From positions 324,632,001 to 324,696,000 of the forward strand of contig OZ024743.1 of assembly GCA_964016885.1 (NCBI GenBank): a stretch of 64,000 bases of DNA. Direction: 5' to 3'. Positions 32,411-49,150 of the stretch are shown in pieces; position 1 is the first letter of the stretch, and the number at the start of each line of letters is the position of its first letter. Both the position numbers and the translations under genes were made by a program. Below the pieces are notes generated by a model. The model had not been told where the DNA came from, ran no database searches, and saw only the letters and a list, made by a program, of their open reading frames with translations. This stretch comes from Eledone cirrhosa (taxonomy: Eukaryota).

Positions 32411-35400
32411 CTACCAATACTACAAGTACTACCACCACTACCAATACCACTAGTACTACCACCACTACCAATACCACTAGTACTACCGCCACTACCAATA
32501 CCACAAGTACTACCACCACTACCAATACCACAAGTACTACCACCACTACCAATGTCACAAGTACTACCACCACTAACAATACCACTAGTACTACCACCAC
32601 TACCAATACCACAAGTGCTACCACCACTACTAATATCACAAGTACTACCACCACTACCAATACCACAAGTACTACCACCACTACCAATACCACAAGTACT
32701 ACCACCACTACCAATACCACAAGTACTACCAGCACTACCAATACCACAAGTACTACCACCACTACCAATACCACAAGTACTACCACCACTACCAATACCA
32801 CAAGTACTACTACCACTACCAATACCACAAGTACTACCACCACTACCAATACCACAAGTACTACCACCACTACCAATACCACTAGTACTACCACCACTAC
32901 CAATACCACAAGTACTACCACCACTACCAATACCACAAGTACTACCACCACTACCAATACCACAAGTACTATCACCACTAACAATACCACAAGTACTACC
33001 ACCACTACTAATATTACAAGTACTACCACCACTACCAATACCACAAGTACTACCACCACTACCAATATCACAAGTACTACCACCACTAACAATACCACAA
33101 GTACTACCACCACTACTAATATCACAAGTACTACCACCACTACAAATACCACAAGTACTACCACCACTACAATACCACAAGTACTATCACCACTACCAAT
33201 GCCACAAGTACTACCACCACTACCAGTACCACAAGTACTACCACCACTACCAATACCACAAGTACTACCACCACTACCAATAACACTAGTACTACCACCA
33301 CTACCAATATCACAAGTACTACCACCACTACCAATACCACTACCACAAGTACTACCACCACTACCAATACCATAAGTACTACCACCACTACCAATACCAC
33401 TAGTACTACCACCCACTACCAATATCACAAGTACTACCACCACTACCAATATCACGAGTACTACCACCACTACCAATACCACTAGTACTACCACCACTAC
33501 CAATATCACGAGTACTACCACAAATATCAATACCACAAGTACTACCACCACTACCAATACCACAAGTACTACCACTACTACCAATATCACAAGTACTACC
33601 ACCACTACCAATACCACTACCAATACCACAAGTACTACCACCACTACCAATACCATAAGTACTACCACCACTACCAATACCACTAGTACTACCACCACTA
33701 CCAATACCACTAGTGCTACCACCCACTACCAATATCACAAGTACTACCACCACTACCAATACCACAAGTACTACCACCACTACCAAAACAACAAGTAGTC
33801 CCACCACTACCAATACCACAAGTACTACCACCACTACCAATACCACAAGTACTACCACCACTACCAATACCACAAGTAGTCCCACCACTACCAATACCAC
33901 AAGTATTACCACCAATACCAATACCACTAGTACTACCACCACTACCAATACCACAAGTACTACCCCCACTACCAATACCACAAGTAATACCACCACTACC
34001 AATACCACAAGTACTACCACCACTACTAATATCACAAGTACTACCACCACTACCAATACCACAAGTACTACCACCACTACAAATATCACAAGTACTACCA
34101 CCACTACCAATACCACAAGTACTACCAGCACTACCAATATCACGAGTACTACCACAAATATCAATACCACAAGTACTACCACCACTACCAATACCACAAG
34201 TACTACCACCACTACCAATATCACAAGTACTACCACCACTACCAATACCACTACCAATACCACATGTACTACCACCACTACCAATACCATAAGTACAACC
34301 ACCACTACCAATACCACTAGTACTACCACCACTACCAATACCACTAGTGCTACCACCCACTACCAATATCACAAGTACTACCACCACTACCAATACCACA
34401 AGTACTACCACCACTACCAATACAACAAGTAGTCCCACCACTACCAATACCACAAGTACTACCACCACTACCAATACCACAAGTACTACCACCACTACCA
34501 ATACCACAAGTACTACCACCACTACTAATATCACAAGTACTACCACCACTACCAATACCACAAGTACTACCACCACTACCAATACCACAAGTACTACCAC
34601 CACTACCAATACCACAAGTACTATCACCACTACCAATGCCACAAGTACTACCACCACTACCAGTACCACAAGTACTACCACCACTACCAATAACAAAAGT
34701 ACCACCAACACTACCAATACCACAAGTACTACCACCACTACCAATATCACAAGTACTACCACCACTACCAATACCACAAGTACTACCACCACTACTAATA
34801 TCACAAGTACTACCACCACTACAAATACCACAAGTACTACCACCACTACAATACCACAAGTACTATCACCACTACCAATGCCACAAGTACTACCACCACT
34901 ACCAGTACCACAAGTACTACCACCACTACCAATACCACAAGTACTACCACCACTACCAAAACCACAAGTACTATCACCACTACCAATACCACAAGTACTA
35001 CCACCACTACCAAAACCACAAGTACTACCACCACTACCAATACCACAAGTACTACCACCACTACCAGTACCACAAGTACTACCACCACTAACAATACCAC
35101 AAGTACTACAACCACTACCAATATCACAAGTACTACCAACACTACCAATACCACAAGTTCTACCACCACTACCAATACCACAAGTACTACCACCACTACC
35201 AATATCACAAGTACTACCACCACTACCAATACCACTACCACAAGTACTACCACCACTACCAATACCATAAGTACTACCACCACTACCAATACCACTAGTA
35301 CTACCACCACTACCAATACCACTAGTACTACCACCCACTACCAATATAACAAGTACTACCACCACTACCAATACCACAAGTACTACCACCACTACCAATA

Positions 35401-38400
35401 CCACAAGTTGTCCCACCACTACCAATACCACAAGTATTACCACCAATACCAATACCACTAGTACTACCACCACTACCAATACCACAAGTACTACCACCAC
35501 TACCAATACCACAAGTAATACCACCACTACCAATACCACAAGTACTACCACCACTACTAATATCACAAGTACTACCACCACTACCAATACCACAAGTACT
35601 ACCAGCACTACAAATATCACAAGTACTACCACCACTACCAATACCACAAGTACTACCAGCACTACCAATATCACGAGTACTACCACAAATATCAATACCA
35701 CAAGTACTACCACCACTACCAATACCACAAGTACTACCACCACTACCAATACCAGAAGTACTATCACCAATACCAATGCCACAAGTACTACCACCACTAC
35801 CAATACCACAAGTACTACCACCTCTACCAATGCTACAAGTACTACCACCACTACCAATACCACAAGTACTACCACCACTACCAATACCACAAGTACTACC
35901 ACCACTACCAATGCTACAAGTACTACCACCACTACCAATACCACAAGTACTACCACCACTACCAATGCTACAAGTACTACCACCACTACCAATACCACAA
36001 GTACTATCACCACTACCAATGCTACAAGTACTACCACCACTACCAATACCACAAGTAGTCCCACCACTACCAATACCACAAGTACTACCACCACTACCAA
36101 TACCACTAGTACTACCACCACTACCAATACCACTAGTACTACCGCCACTACCAATACCACAAGTACTACCACCACTACCAATACCACAAGTACTACCACC
36201 ACTACCAATGTCACAAGTACTACCACCACTAACAATACCACTAGTACTACCACCACTACCAATAGCACAAGTGCTACCACCACTACTAATATCACAAGTA
36301 CTACCAGCACTACCAATACCACAAGTACTACCACCACTACCAATACCACAAGTACTACCACCACTACCAATACCACAAGTACTACTACCACTACCAATAC
36401 CACAAGTACTACCACCACTACCAATACCACAAGTACTACCACCACTACCAATACCACAAGTACTACCACCACTACCAATACCACAAGTACTACCACCACT
36501 ACCAATACCACAAGTACTACCACCACTACCAATACCACTAGTACTACCACCACTACCAGTACCACAAGTACTACCACCACTAACAATACCACAAGTACTA
36601 CAACCACTACCAGTATCACAAGTACTACAAACACTACCAATATCACAAGTACTACCACCACTACCAATACCACAAGTACTACCACCACTACCAATATCAC
36701 AAGTACTACCACCACTACCAATACCACTACCAATACCACAAGTACTACCACCACTACCAATACCATAAGTACTACCACCACTACCAATACCACTAGTACT
36801 ACCACCACTACCAATACCACTAGTGCTACCACCCACTACCAATATCACAAGTACTACCACCACTACCAATACCACAAGTACTACCACCACTACCAATACA
36901 ACAAGTAGTCCCACCACTACCAATACCACAAGTACTACCACCACTACCAATACCACAAGTACTACCACCACTACTAATATCACAAGTACTACCACCACTA
37001 CCAATACCACAAGTACTACCACCACTACCAATACCACAAGTACTACCACCACTACCAATACCACAAGTACTATCACCACTACCAATGCCACAAGTACTAC
37101 CACCACTACCAGTACCACAAGTACTACCACCACTACCAATAACAAAAGTACCACCAACACTACCAATACCACAAGTACTACCACCACTAACAATACGACA
37201 AGTACTACCACCACCACCAATACCACAAGTACTACCACCACTACCAGTATCACAAGTACCACCACCACTACCAATACCACAAGTACTACCACCACTACCA
37301 ATACCACAAGTACAACCACCACTAACAATACCACAAGTACTACCACCACTACCAATAACACTAGTACTAACACCACTACCAATACCACTAGTACTATCAC
37401 CCACTACCAATATCACAAGTACTACCACCACTACCAATATCACAAGTACTACCACCACTACCTATACCACAAGTAATACCACCACTACCAATACCACAAG
37501 TACTACCACCACTACTAATATCACAAGTACTACCACCACTACCAATACCACAAGTACTACCACCACTACCAATATCACAAGTACTACCACCACTACCAAT
37601 ACCACAAGTACTACCAGCACTACTAATATCACAAGTACTACCACCACTACCAATACCACAAGTACTACCACCACTTCCAATACCACAAGTACTACCACCA
37701 CTACCAATACCACAAGTACTATCACCACTACCAATGCCACAAGTACTACCACCACTACCAGTACCACAAGTACTACCACCACTACCAATAACAAAAGTAC
37801 CACCACCACTACCAATATCACAAGTACTACAACCACTACCAATATCACAAGTACTATCACCACTACCAATACCACTAGTACAATCACCACTACCAATACT
37901 ACAAGTACTACCACCACTACCAATATCACAAGTACTATCACCACTACCAATACCACAAGTACTACCACCACTACCAATACTACAAGTACTACCACCACTA
38001 CCAATATCACAAGTACTACCACCACTACCAATACCACAAGTACTACCACCACTACCAGTATCACAAGTACTACCACCACTACCAATACCACAAGTACTAC
38101 AACCACTACCAATATCACAAGTACTACCACCACTACCAATACCACTAGTACTACCACCACTACCAATATCACAAGTACTACCACCACTACCAATACCACA
38201 AGTACTACCAGCACTACCAATACCACAAGTACTACCACAACTACCAATACCACTAGTACTACCACCACTCCCAATACCACTAGTACTACCACCACTACCA
38301 ATACCACAAGTACTACCACCACTACCAATACCACAAGTACTACCACCACTACCAATATCACAAGTACTACCACCACTACCACTAGTACTACCACCACTAC

Positions 38401-38789
38401 CAATATCACAAGTACTACCACCAATACTACCACAAGTACTACCACCACTACCAATACCACAAGTACTACCACCACTACCAATACTACAGGTACTACCACT
38501 ACTACCAATATCACAAGTACTACCACCACTACCAATACCACAAGTACTACCACCACTACTAATATCACAAGTACTACCACCACTACAAATACCACAAGTA
38601 CTACCACCACTACCAATACAACAAGTACTACCACCACTACCAATACCACAAGTACTACCACCACTACCAATACCACTAGTACTACCACCACTACCAATAC
38701 CACTAGTACTACCACCGACTACCAATATCACAAGTACTACCACCACTACCAATACCACAAGTACTACCACCACTACCAATACCACAAGT

Positions 38790-41700
38790 AGTCCCACCAC
38801 TACCAATACCACAAGTACTACCACCACTACCAATACCACTACCAATACCACAAGTACTACCACCACTACCAATACCACTAGTACTACCACCACTACCAGT
38901 ACCACAAGTACTACCACCACTACCAATACCACAAGTACTACCACCACTACCAATACGACAAGTACTACCACCACTACCAATACCACTAGTACTACCACCA
39001 CTACTAATATCACAAGTACTACCACCACTACCAATACCACAAGTACTACCACCACTACCAATATCACAAGTACTACCACCACTACCAATACCACAAGTAC
39101 TACCAGCACTACTAATATCACAAGTACTACCACCACTACCAATACCACAAGTACTACCACCACTACCAATACCACAAGTACTACCACCAATACCAATACC
39201 ACAAGTACTATCACCACTACCAATGCCACAAGTACTACCACCACTAACAATACCCCAAGTACTACAACCACTACCAATACCACTACCAATACCACAAGTA
39301 CTACCACCACTACCAATACCATAAGTACTACCAACACTACCAATACCACAAGTACTACCACCACTACCAATACCACAAGTACTACCACCACTACCAATAT
39401 CACAAGTACTACCACCACTACCAATACCACTACCAATACCACAAGTACTACCACCACTACCAATACCATAAGTACTACCACCACTACCAATACCACAAGT
39501 ACTACCACCACTACAAATACCACTAGTACTACCACCCACTACCAATATCACAAGTACTACCAGCACTACCAATACCACAAGTACTACCACCACTACCAAT
39601 ACCACAAGTAGTCCCACCACTACCAATACCACAAGTACTACCACCACTACCTATACCACAAGTACTACCACCACTACGAATACCACAAGTACTACCACCA
39701 CTACTAATATCACAAGTACTACCACCACTACCAATAACACAAGTACTACCACCACTACCAATATCACAAGTACTACCACCACTACCAATACCACAAGTAC
39801 TACCACCACTACCAGTACCACAAGTACTACCACCACTACCAAAAACAAAAGTACCACCACCACTACCAATACCGCAAGTTCTACCACCACTACCAATATC
39901 ACAAGTACTACCACCACTACTAATACCACTTGTACTACCACCACTACCAATATCACAAGTACTCCCACCACTACCAATACCACAAGTACTACCACCACTA
40001 CCAATATCAGAAGTACTACAACCACTACCAATATCACAAGTACTACCACCACTACCAATACCACAAGTACTACCACCACTACCAATACCACAAGTACTAC
40101 CACCACTACCAATACCACTAGTACTACCACCACTACCAATACCACTAGTACTACCACCACTACCAATGCCACAAGTACTACCACCACTAACAATATCACA
40201 AGTACTACCACCACTACCAATACCACTACCAATACCACAAGAACTACCACCACTACCAATACCATAAGTACTACCACCACTACCAATACCACTAGTACTA
40301 CCACCACTACCAATACCACTAGTACTACTACCACTACCAATACCACAAGTACTACCACCACTACCAATATCACAAGTACTACCACTACTACCAATACCAC
40401 TAGTACTACCACCACTACCAATATCACAAGTACTACCACCACTACCAATACCACAAGTACTACCACCACTACCAATACCACAAGTACTACCACCACTACC
40501 AATACCACAAGTACTACCACCACTACCAATACTACAAGTTCTACCACCACTACCAATATCACAAGTACTACCACCACTACCAATACCACAAGTACTACCA
40601 CCACTACTAATATCACAAGTACTACCACCACTACAAATACCACAAGTACTACCACCACTACCAATACCACAAGTACTATCACCACTACCAATGCCACAAG
40701 TACTACCACCACTACCAATACCACTAGTACTACCACCACTACCTATGCCACAAGTACTACCACCACTACCAGTACCACAAGTACTACCACCACTAACAAT
40801 ACCCCAAGTACTACAACCACTACCAATACCACTACCAATACCACAAGTACTACCACCACTACCAATACCACAAGTACTACCACCACTACCAATACCACTA
40901 CCAATACCACAAGTACTACCACCACTACCAATACCACTAGTACTACCACCACTACCAGTACCACAAGTACTACCACCACTACCAATACCACAAGTACTAC
41001 CACCACTACCAATACGACAAGTACTACCACCACTACCAATACCACTAGTACTACCACCACTACTAATATCACAAGTACTACCACCACTACCAATACCACA
41101 AGTACTACCACCACTACCAATATCACAAGTACTACCACCACTACCAATACCACAAGTACTACCAGCACTACTAATATCACAAGTACTACCACCACTACCA
41201 ATACCACAAGTACTACCACCACTACCAATACCACAAGTACTACCACCAATACCAATACCACAAGTACTATCACCACTACCAATGCCACAAGTACTACCAC
41301 CACTAACAATACCCCAAGTACTACAACCACTACCAATACCACTACCAATACCACAAGTACTACCACCACTACCAATACCATAAGTACTACCAACACTACC
41401 AATACCACAAGTACTACCACCACTACCAATACCACAAGTACTACCACCACTACCAATATCACAAGTACTACCACCACTACCAATACCACTACCAATACCA
41501 CAAGTACTACCACCACTACCAATACCATAAGTACTACCACCACTACCAATACCACAAGTACTACCACCACTACAAATACCACTAGTACTACCACCCACTA
41601 CCAATATCACAAGTACTACCAGCACTACCAATACCACAAGTACTACCACCACTACCAATACCACAAGTAGTCCCACCACTACCAATACCACAAGTACTAC

Positions 41701-44700
41701 CACCACTACCTATACCACAAGTACTACCACCACTACGAATACCACAAGTACTACCACCACTACTAATATCACAAGTACTACCACCACTACCAATAACACA
41801 AGTACTACCACCACTACCAATATCACAAGTACTACCACCACTACCAATACCACAAGTACTACCACCACTACCAGTACCACAAGTACTACCACCACTACCA
41901 AAAACAAAAGTACCACCACCACTACCAATACCGCAAGTTCTACCACCACTACCAATATCACAAGTACTACCACCACTACTAATACCACTTGTACTACCAC
42001 CACTACCAATATCACAAGTACTCCCACCACTACCAATACCACAAGTACTACCACCACTACCAATATCAGAAGTACTACAACCACTACCAATATCACAAGT
42101 ACTACCACCACTACCAATACCACAAGTACTACCACCACTACCAATACCACAAGTACTACCACCACTACCAATACCACTAGTACTACCACCACTACCAATA
42201 CCACTAGTACTACCACCACTACCAATACCACTAGTACTACCACCACTACCAATACCACTAGTACTACCACCACTACCAATGCCACAAGTACTACCACCAC
42301 TAACAATATCACAAGTACTACCACCACTACCAATACCACTACCAATACCACAAGAACTACCACCACTACCAATACCATAAGTACTACCACCACTACCAAT
42401 ACCACTAGTACTACCACCACTACCAATACCACTAGTACTACTACCACTACCAATACCACAAGTACTACCACCACTACCAATATCACAAGTACTACCACTA
42501 CTACCAATACCACTAGTACTACCACCACTACCAATATCACAAGTACTACCACCACTACCAATACCACAAGTACTACCACCACTACCAATACCACAAGTAC
42601 TACCACCACTACCAATACCACAAGTACTACCACCACTACCAATACTACAAGTTCTACCACCACTACCAATATCACAAGTACTACCACCACTACCAATACC
42701 ACAAGTACTACCACCACTACTAATATCACAAGTACTACCACCACTACAAATACCACAAGTACTACCACCACTACCAATACCACAAGTACTATCACCACTA
42801 CCAATGCCACAAGTACTACCACCACTACCAATACCACTAGTACTACCACCACTACCTATGCCACAAGTACTACCACCACTACCAGTACCACAAGTACTAC
42901 CACCACTAACAATACCCCAAGTACTACAACCACTACCAATACCACTACCAATACCACAAGTACTACCACCACTACCAATACCACAAGTACTACCACCACT
43001 ACCAATACCACTACCAATACCACAAGTACTACCACCACTACCAATACCACTAGTACTACCACCACTACCAGTACCACAAGTACTACCACCACTACCAATA
43101 CCACAAGTACTACCACCACTACCAATACGACAAGTACTACCACCACTACCAATACCACTAGTACTACCACCACTACTAATATCACAAGTACTACCACCAC
43201 TACCAATACCACAAGTACTACCACCACTACCAATATCACAAGTACTACCACCACTACCAATACCACAAGTACTACCAGCACTACTAATATCACAAGTACT
43301 ACCACCACTACCAATACCACAAGTACTACCACCACTACCAATACCACAAGTACTACCACCAATACCAATACCACAAGTACTATCACCACTACCAATGCCA
43401 CAAGTACTACCACCACTAACAATACCCCAAGTACTACAACCACTACCAATACCACTACCAATACCACAAGTACTACCACCACTACCAATACCATAAGTAC
43501 TACCAACACTACCAATACCACAAGTACTACCACCACTACCAATACCACAAGTACTACCACCACTACCAATATCACAAGTACTACCACCACTACCAATACC
43601 ACTACCAATACCACAAGTACTACCACCACTACCAATACCATAAGTACTACCACCACTACCAATACCACAAGTACTACCACCACTACAAATACCACTAGTA
43701 CTACCACCCACTACCAATATCACAAGTACTACCAGCACTACCAATACCACAAGTACTACCACCACTACCAATACCACAAGTAGTCCCACCACTACCAATA
43801 CCACAAGTACTACCACCACTACCTATACCACAAGTACTACCACCACTACGAATACCACAAGTACTACCACCACTACTAATATCACAAGTACTACCACCAC
43901 TACCAATAACACAAGTACTACCACCACTACCAATATCACAAGTACTACCACCACTACCAATACCACAAGTACTACCACCACTACCAGTACCACAAGTACT
44001 ACCACCACTACCAAAAACAAAAGTACCACCACCACTACCAATACCGCAAGTTCTACCACCACTACCAATATCACAAGTACTACCACCACTACTAATACCA
44101 CTTGTACTACCACCACTACCAATATCACAAGTACTCCCACCACTACCAATACCACAAGTACTACCACCACTACCAATATCAGAAGTACTACAACCACTAC
44201 CAATATCACAAGTACTACCACCACTACCAATACCACAAGTACTACCACCACTACCAATACCACAAGTACTACCACCACTACCAATACCACTAGTACTACC
44301 ACCACTACCAATACCACTAGTACTACCACCACTACCAATGCCACAAGTACTACCACCACTAACAATATCACAAGTACTACCACCACTACCAATACCACTA
44401 CCAATACCACAAGAACTACCACCACTACCAATACCATAAGTACTACCACCACTACCAATACCACTAGTACTACCACCACTACCAATACCACTAGTACTAC
44501 TACCACTACCAATACCACAAGTACTACCACCACTACCAATATCACAAGTACTACTACTACTACCAATACCACTAGTACTACCACCACTACCAATATCACA
44601 AGTACTACCACCACTACCAATACCACAAGTACTACCACCACTACCAATACCACAAGTACTACCACCACTACCAATACCACAAGTACTACCACCACTACCA

Positions 44701-47700
44701 ATACTACAAGTTCTACCACCACTACCAATATCACAAGTACTACCACCACTACCAATACCACAAGTACTACCACCACTACTAATATCACAAGTACTACCAC
44801 CACTACAAATACCACAAGTACTACCACCACTACCAATACCACAAGTATTATCACCACTACCAATGCCACAAGTACTACCACCACTACCAATACCACAAGT
44901 ACTACCACCACTACCAATACCACAAGTACTATCACCACTACCAATGCCACAAGTACTACCACCACTACCAATACCACTAGTACTACCACCACTACCTATG
45001 CCACAAGTACTACCACCACTACCAGTACCACAAGTACTACCACCACTAACAATACCCCAAGTACTACAACCACTACCAATACCACTACCAATACCACAAG
45101 TACTACCACCACTACCAATACCATAAGTACTACCAACACTACCAATACCACAAGTACTACCACCACTACCAATACCACAAGTACTACCACCACTACCAAT
45201 ATCACAAGTACTACCACCACTACCAATACCACAAGTACTCCCACCACTACCAATACCACAAGTACTACCACCACTACCAATATCAGAAGTACTACAACCA
45301 CTACCACTATCACAAGTACTATAACCACTACCAATACCATAAGTACTACCACCACTACCAATACCACAAGTACTACCACCACTACCAATACCACAAGTAG
45401 TCCCACCACTACCAATACCACAAGTACTACCACCACTACCTATACCACAAGTACTACCACCACTACCAATACCACAAGTACTACCACCACTACCAATACC
45501 ACAAGTACTACCACCACTACCAATACCACTAGTACTACCACCACTACCAATATCACAAGTACTACCACCACTACCAATACCACAAGTACTACCACCACTA
45601 CCAATACCACAAGTACTACCACCACTACCAATACCACTAGTACTACCACCACTACCAATATCACAATTACTACCACCACTACCAATATCACAAGTACTAC
45701 CACCACTACCAATACCACAGGTACTACCAGCACTACTAATATCACAAGTACTACCACCACTACCAATACCACAAGTACTACCACCACTACCAATACCACA
45801 AGTACTACCACCACTACCAATACCACTAGTACTACCACCACTACCAATACCACAAGTACTACCACCACTACCAATACCACTAGTACTACCACCACTACCA
45901 ATATCACAAGTACTACCACCACTACCAATATCACAAGTACTACCACCACTACCAATACCACAGGTACTACCAGCACTACTAATATCACAAGTACTACCAC
46001 CACTACCAATACCACAAGTACTACCACCACTACCAATACCACAAGTACTACCACCACTACCAATACCACTAGTACTACCACCACTACCAATACCACAAGT
46101 ACTACCACCACTACCAATACCACTAGTACTACCACCACTAACAATACCACAAGTACTACCACCACTACCAATAAAACAAGTACTACCACCACTAGCAATA
46201 CCACAAGTACTACCACCACTACCAATACCACAAGTACTACCACCACTACCAATACTACAAGTACTACCACCACTACCAATATCACAAGTACTACAACCAC
46301 TACCAATACCACAAGTACTACCACCACTACCAATACCATAAGTACTACCAACACTACCAATACCACAAGTACTACCACCACTACCAATACCACAAGTACT
46401 ACCACCACTACCAATATCACAAGTACTACCACCACTACCAATACCACTACCAATACCACAAGTACTACCACCACTACCAATACCATAAGTACTACCACCA
46501 CTACCAATACCACAAGTACTACCACCACTACAAATACCACTAGTACTACCACCCACTACCAATATCACAAGTACTACCAGCACTACCAATACCACAAGTA
46601 CTACCACCACTACCAATACCACAAGTAGTCCCACCACTGCCAATACCACAAGTACTACCACCACTACCTATACCACAAGTACTACCACCACTACGAATAC
46701 CACAAGTACTACCACCACTACTAATATCACAAGTACTACCACCACTACCAATAACACAAGTACTACCACCACTACCAATATCACAAGTACTACCACCACT
46801 ACCAATACCACAAGTACTACCACCACTACCAGTACCACAAGTACTACCACCACTACCAAAAACAAAAGTACCACCACCACTACCAATACCGCAAGTTCTA
46901 CCACCACTACCAATATCACAAGTACTACCACCACTACTAATACCACTTGTACTACCACCACTACCAATATCACAAGTACTCCCACCACTACCAATACCAC
47001 AAGTACTACCACCACTACCAATATCAGAAGTACTACAACCACTACCAATATCACAAGTACTACCACCACTACCAATACCACAAGTACTACCACCACTACC
47101 AATACCACAAGTACTACCACCACTACCAATACCACTAGTACTACCACCACTACCAATACCACTAGTACTACCACCACTACCAATGCCACAAGTACTACCA
47201 CCACTAACAATATCACAAGTACTACCACCACTACCAATACCACTACCAATACCACAAGAACTACCACCACTACCAATACCATAAGTACTACCACCACTAC
47301 CAATACCACTAGTACTACCACCACTACCAATACCACTAGTACTACTACCACTACCAATACCACAAGTACTACCACCACTACCAATATCACAAGTACTACT
47401 ACTACTACCAATACCACTAGTACTACCACCACTACCAATATCACAAGTACTACCACCACTACCAATACCACAAGTACTACCACCACTACCAATACCACAA
47501 GTACTACCACCACTACCAATACCACAAGTACTACCACCACTACCAATACTACAAGTTCTACCACCACTACCAATATCACAAGTACTACCACCACTACCAA
47601 TACCACAAGTACTACCACCACTACTAATATCACAAGTACTACCACCACTACAAATACCACAAGTACTACCACCACTACCAATACCACAAGTATTATCACC

Positions 47701-49150
47701 ACTACCAATGCCACAAGTACTACCACCACTACCAATACCACAAGTACTACCACCACTACCAATACCACAAGTACTATCACCACTACCAATGCCACAAGTA
47801 CTACCACCACTACCAATACCACTAGTACTACCACCACTACCTATGCCACAAGTACTACCACCACTACCAGTACCACAAGTACTACCACCACTAACAATAC
47901 CCCAAGTACTACAACCACTACCAATACCACTACCAATACCACAAGTACTACCACCACTACCAATACCATAAGTACTACCAACACTACCAATACCACAAGT
48001 ACTACCACCACTACCAATACCACAAGTACTACCACCACTACCAATATCACAAGTACTACCACCACTACCAATACCACAAGTACTCCCACCACTACCAATA
48101 CCACAAGTACTACCACCACTACCAATATCAGAAGTACTACAACCACTACCACTATCACAAGTACTATAACCACTACCAATACCATAAGTACTACCACCAC
48201 TACCAATACCACAAGTACTACCACCACTACCAATACCACAAGTAGTCCCACCACTACCAATACCACAAGTACTACCACCACTACCTATACCACAAGTACT
48301 ACCACCACTACCAATACCACAAGTACTACCACCACTACCAATACCACAAGTACTACCACCACTACCAATACCACTAGTACTACCACCACTACCAATATCA
48401 CAAGTACTACCACCACTACCAATACCACAAGTACTACCACCACTACCAATACCACAAGTACTACCACCACTACCAATACCACTAGTACTACCACCACTAC
48501 CAATATCACAATTACTACCACCACTACCAATATCACAAGTACTACCACCACTACCAATACCACAGGTACTACCAGCACTACTAATATCACAAGTACTACC
48601 ACCACTACCAATACCACAAGTACTACCACCACTACCAATACCACAAGTACTACCACCACTACCAATACCACTAGTACTACCACCACTACCAATACCACAA
48701 GTACTACCACCACTACCAATACCACTAGTACTACCACCACTACCAATATCACAAGTACTACCACCACTACCAATATCACAAGTACTACCACCACTACCAA
48801 TACCACAGGTACTACCAGCACTACTAATATCACAAGTACTACCACCACTACCAATACCACAAGTACTACCACCACTACCAATACCACAAGTACTACCACC
48901 ACTACCAATACCACTAGTACTACCACCACTACCAATACCACAAGTACTACCACCACTACCAATACCACTAGTACTACCACCACTAACAATACCACAAGTA
49001 CTACCACCACTACCAATAAAACAAGTACTACCACCACTAGCAATACCACAAGTACTACCACCACTACCAATACCACAAGTACTACCACCACTACCAATAC
49101 TACAAGTACTACCACCACTACCAATATCACAAGTACTACAACCACTACCA
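38790..49150. repeat. Higher-order repeat series with periods 2,059, 2,113 and 2,845 bp, about 4 copies
   Basis: The +1 markers fall at 39529, 41588, 43701 and 46546. Identical 63-aa track ORFs start at 39930, 41989, 44102 and 46947. The pairs 44996/47841 and 45440/48285 are both offset by 2,845. Each copy carries the private variants ACTACGAAT, AAAAACAAAAGT, ACCGCAAGTTCT, ACCACTTGT and AAGAACT once. Confidence 0.93.

Noticed and set aside
135-34856. Programmed frameshifting or phase variation through the +1 and -1 units
   Set aside because: There is no slippery heptamer or long homopolymer and no promoter, start or gene to switch. The indels are copied along with the HOR blocks.
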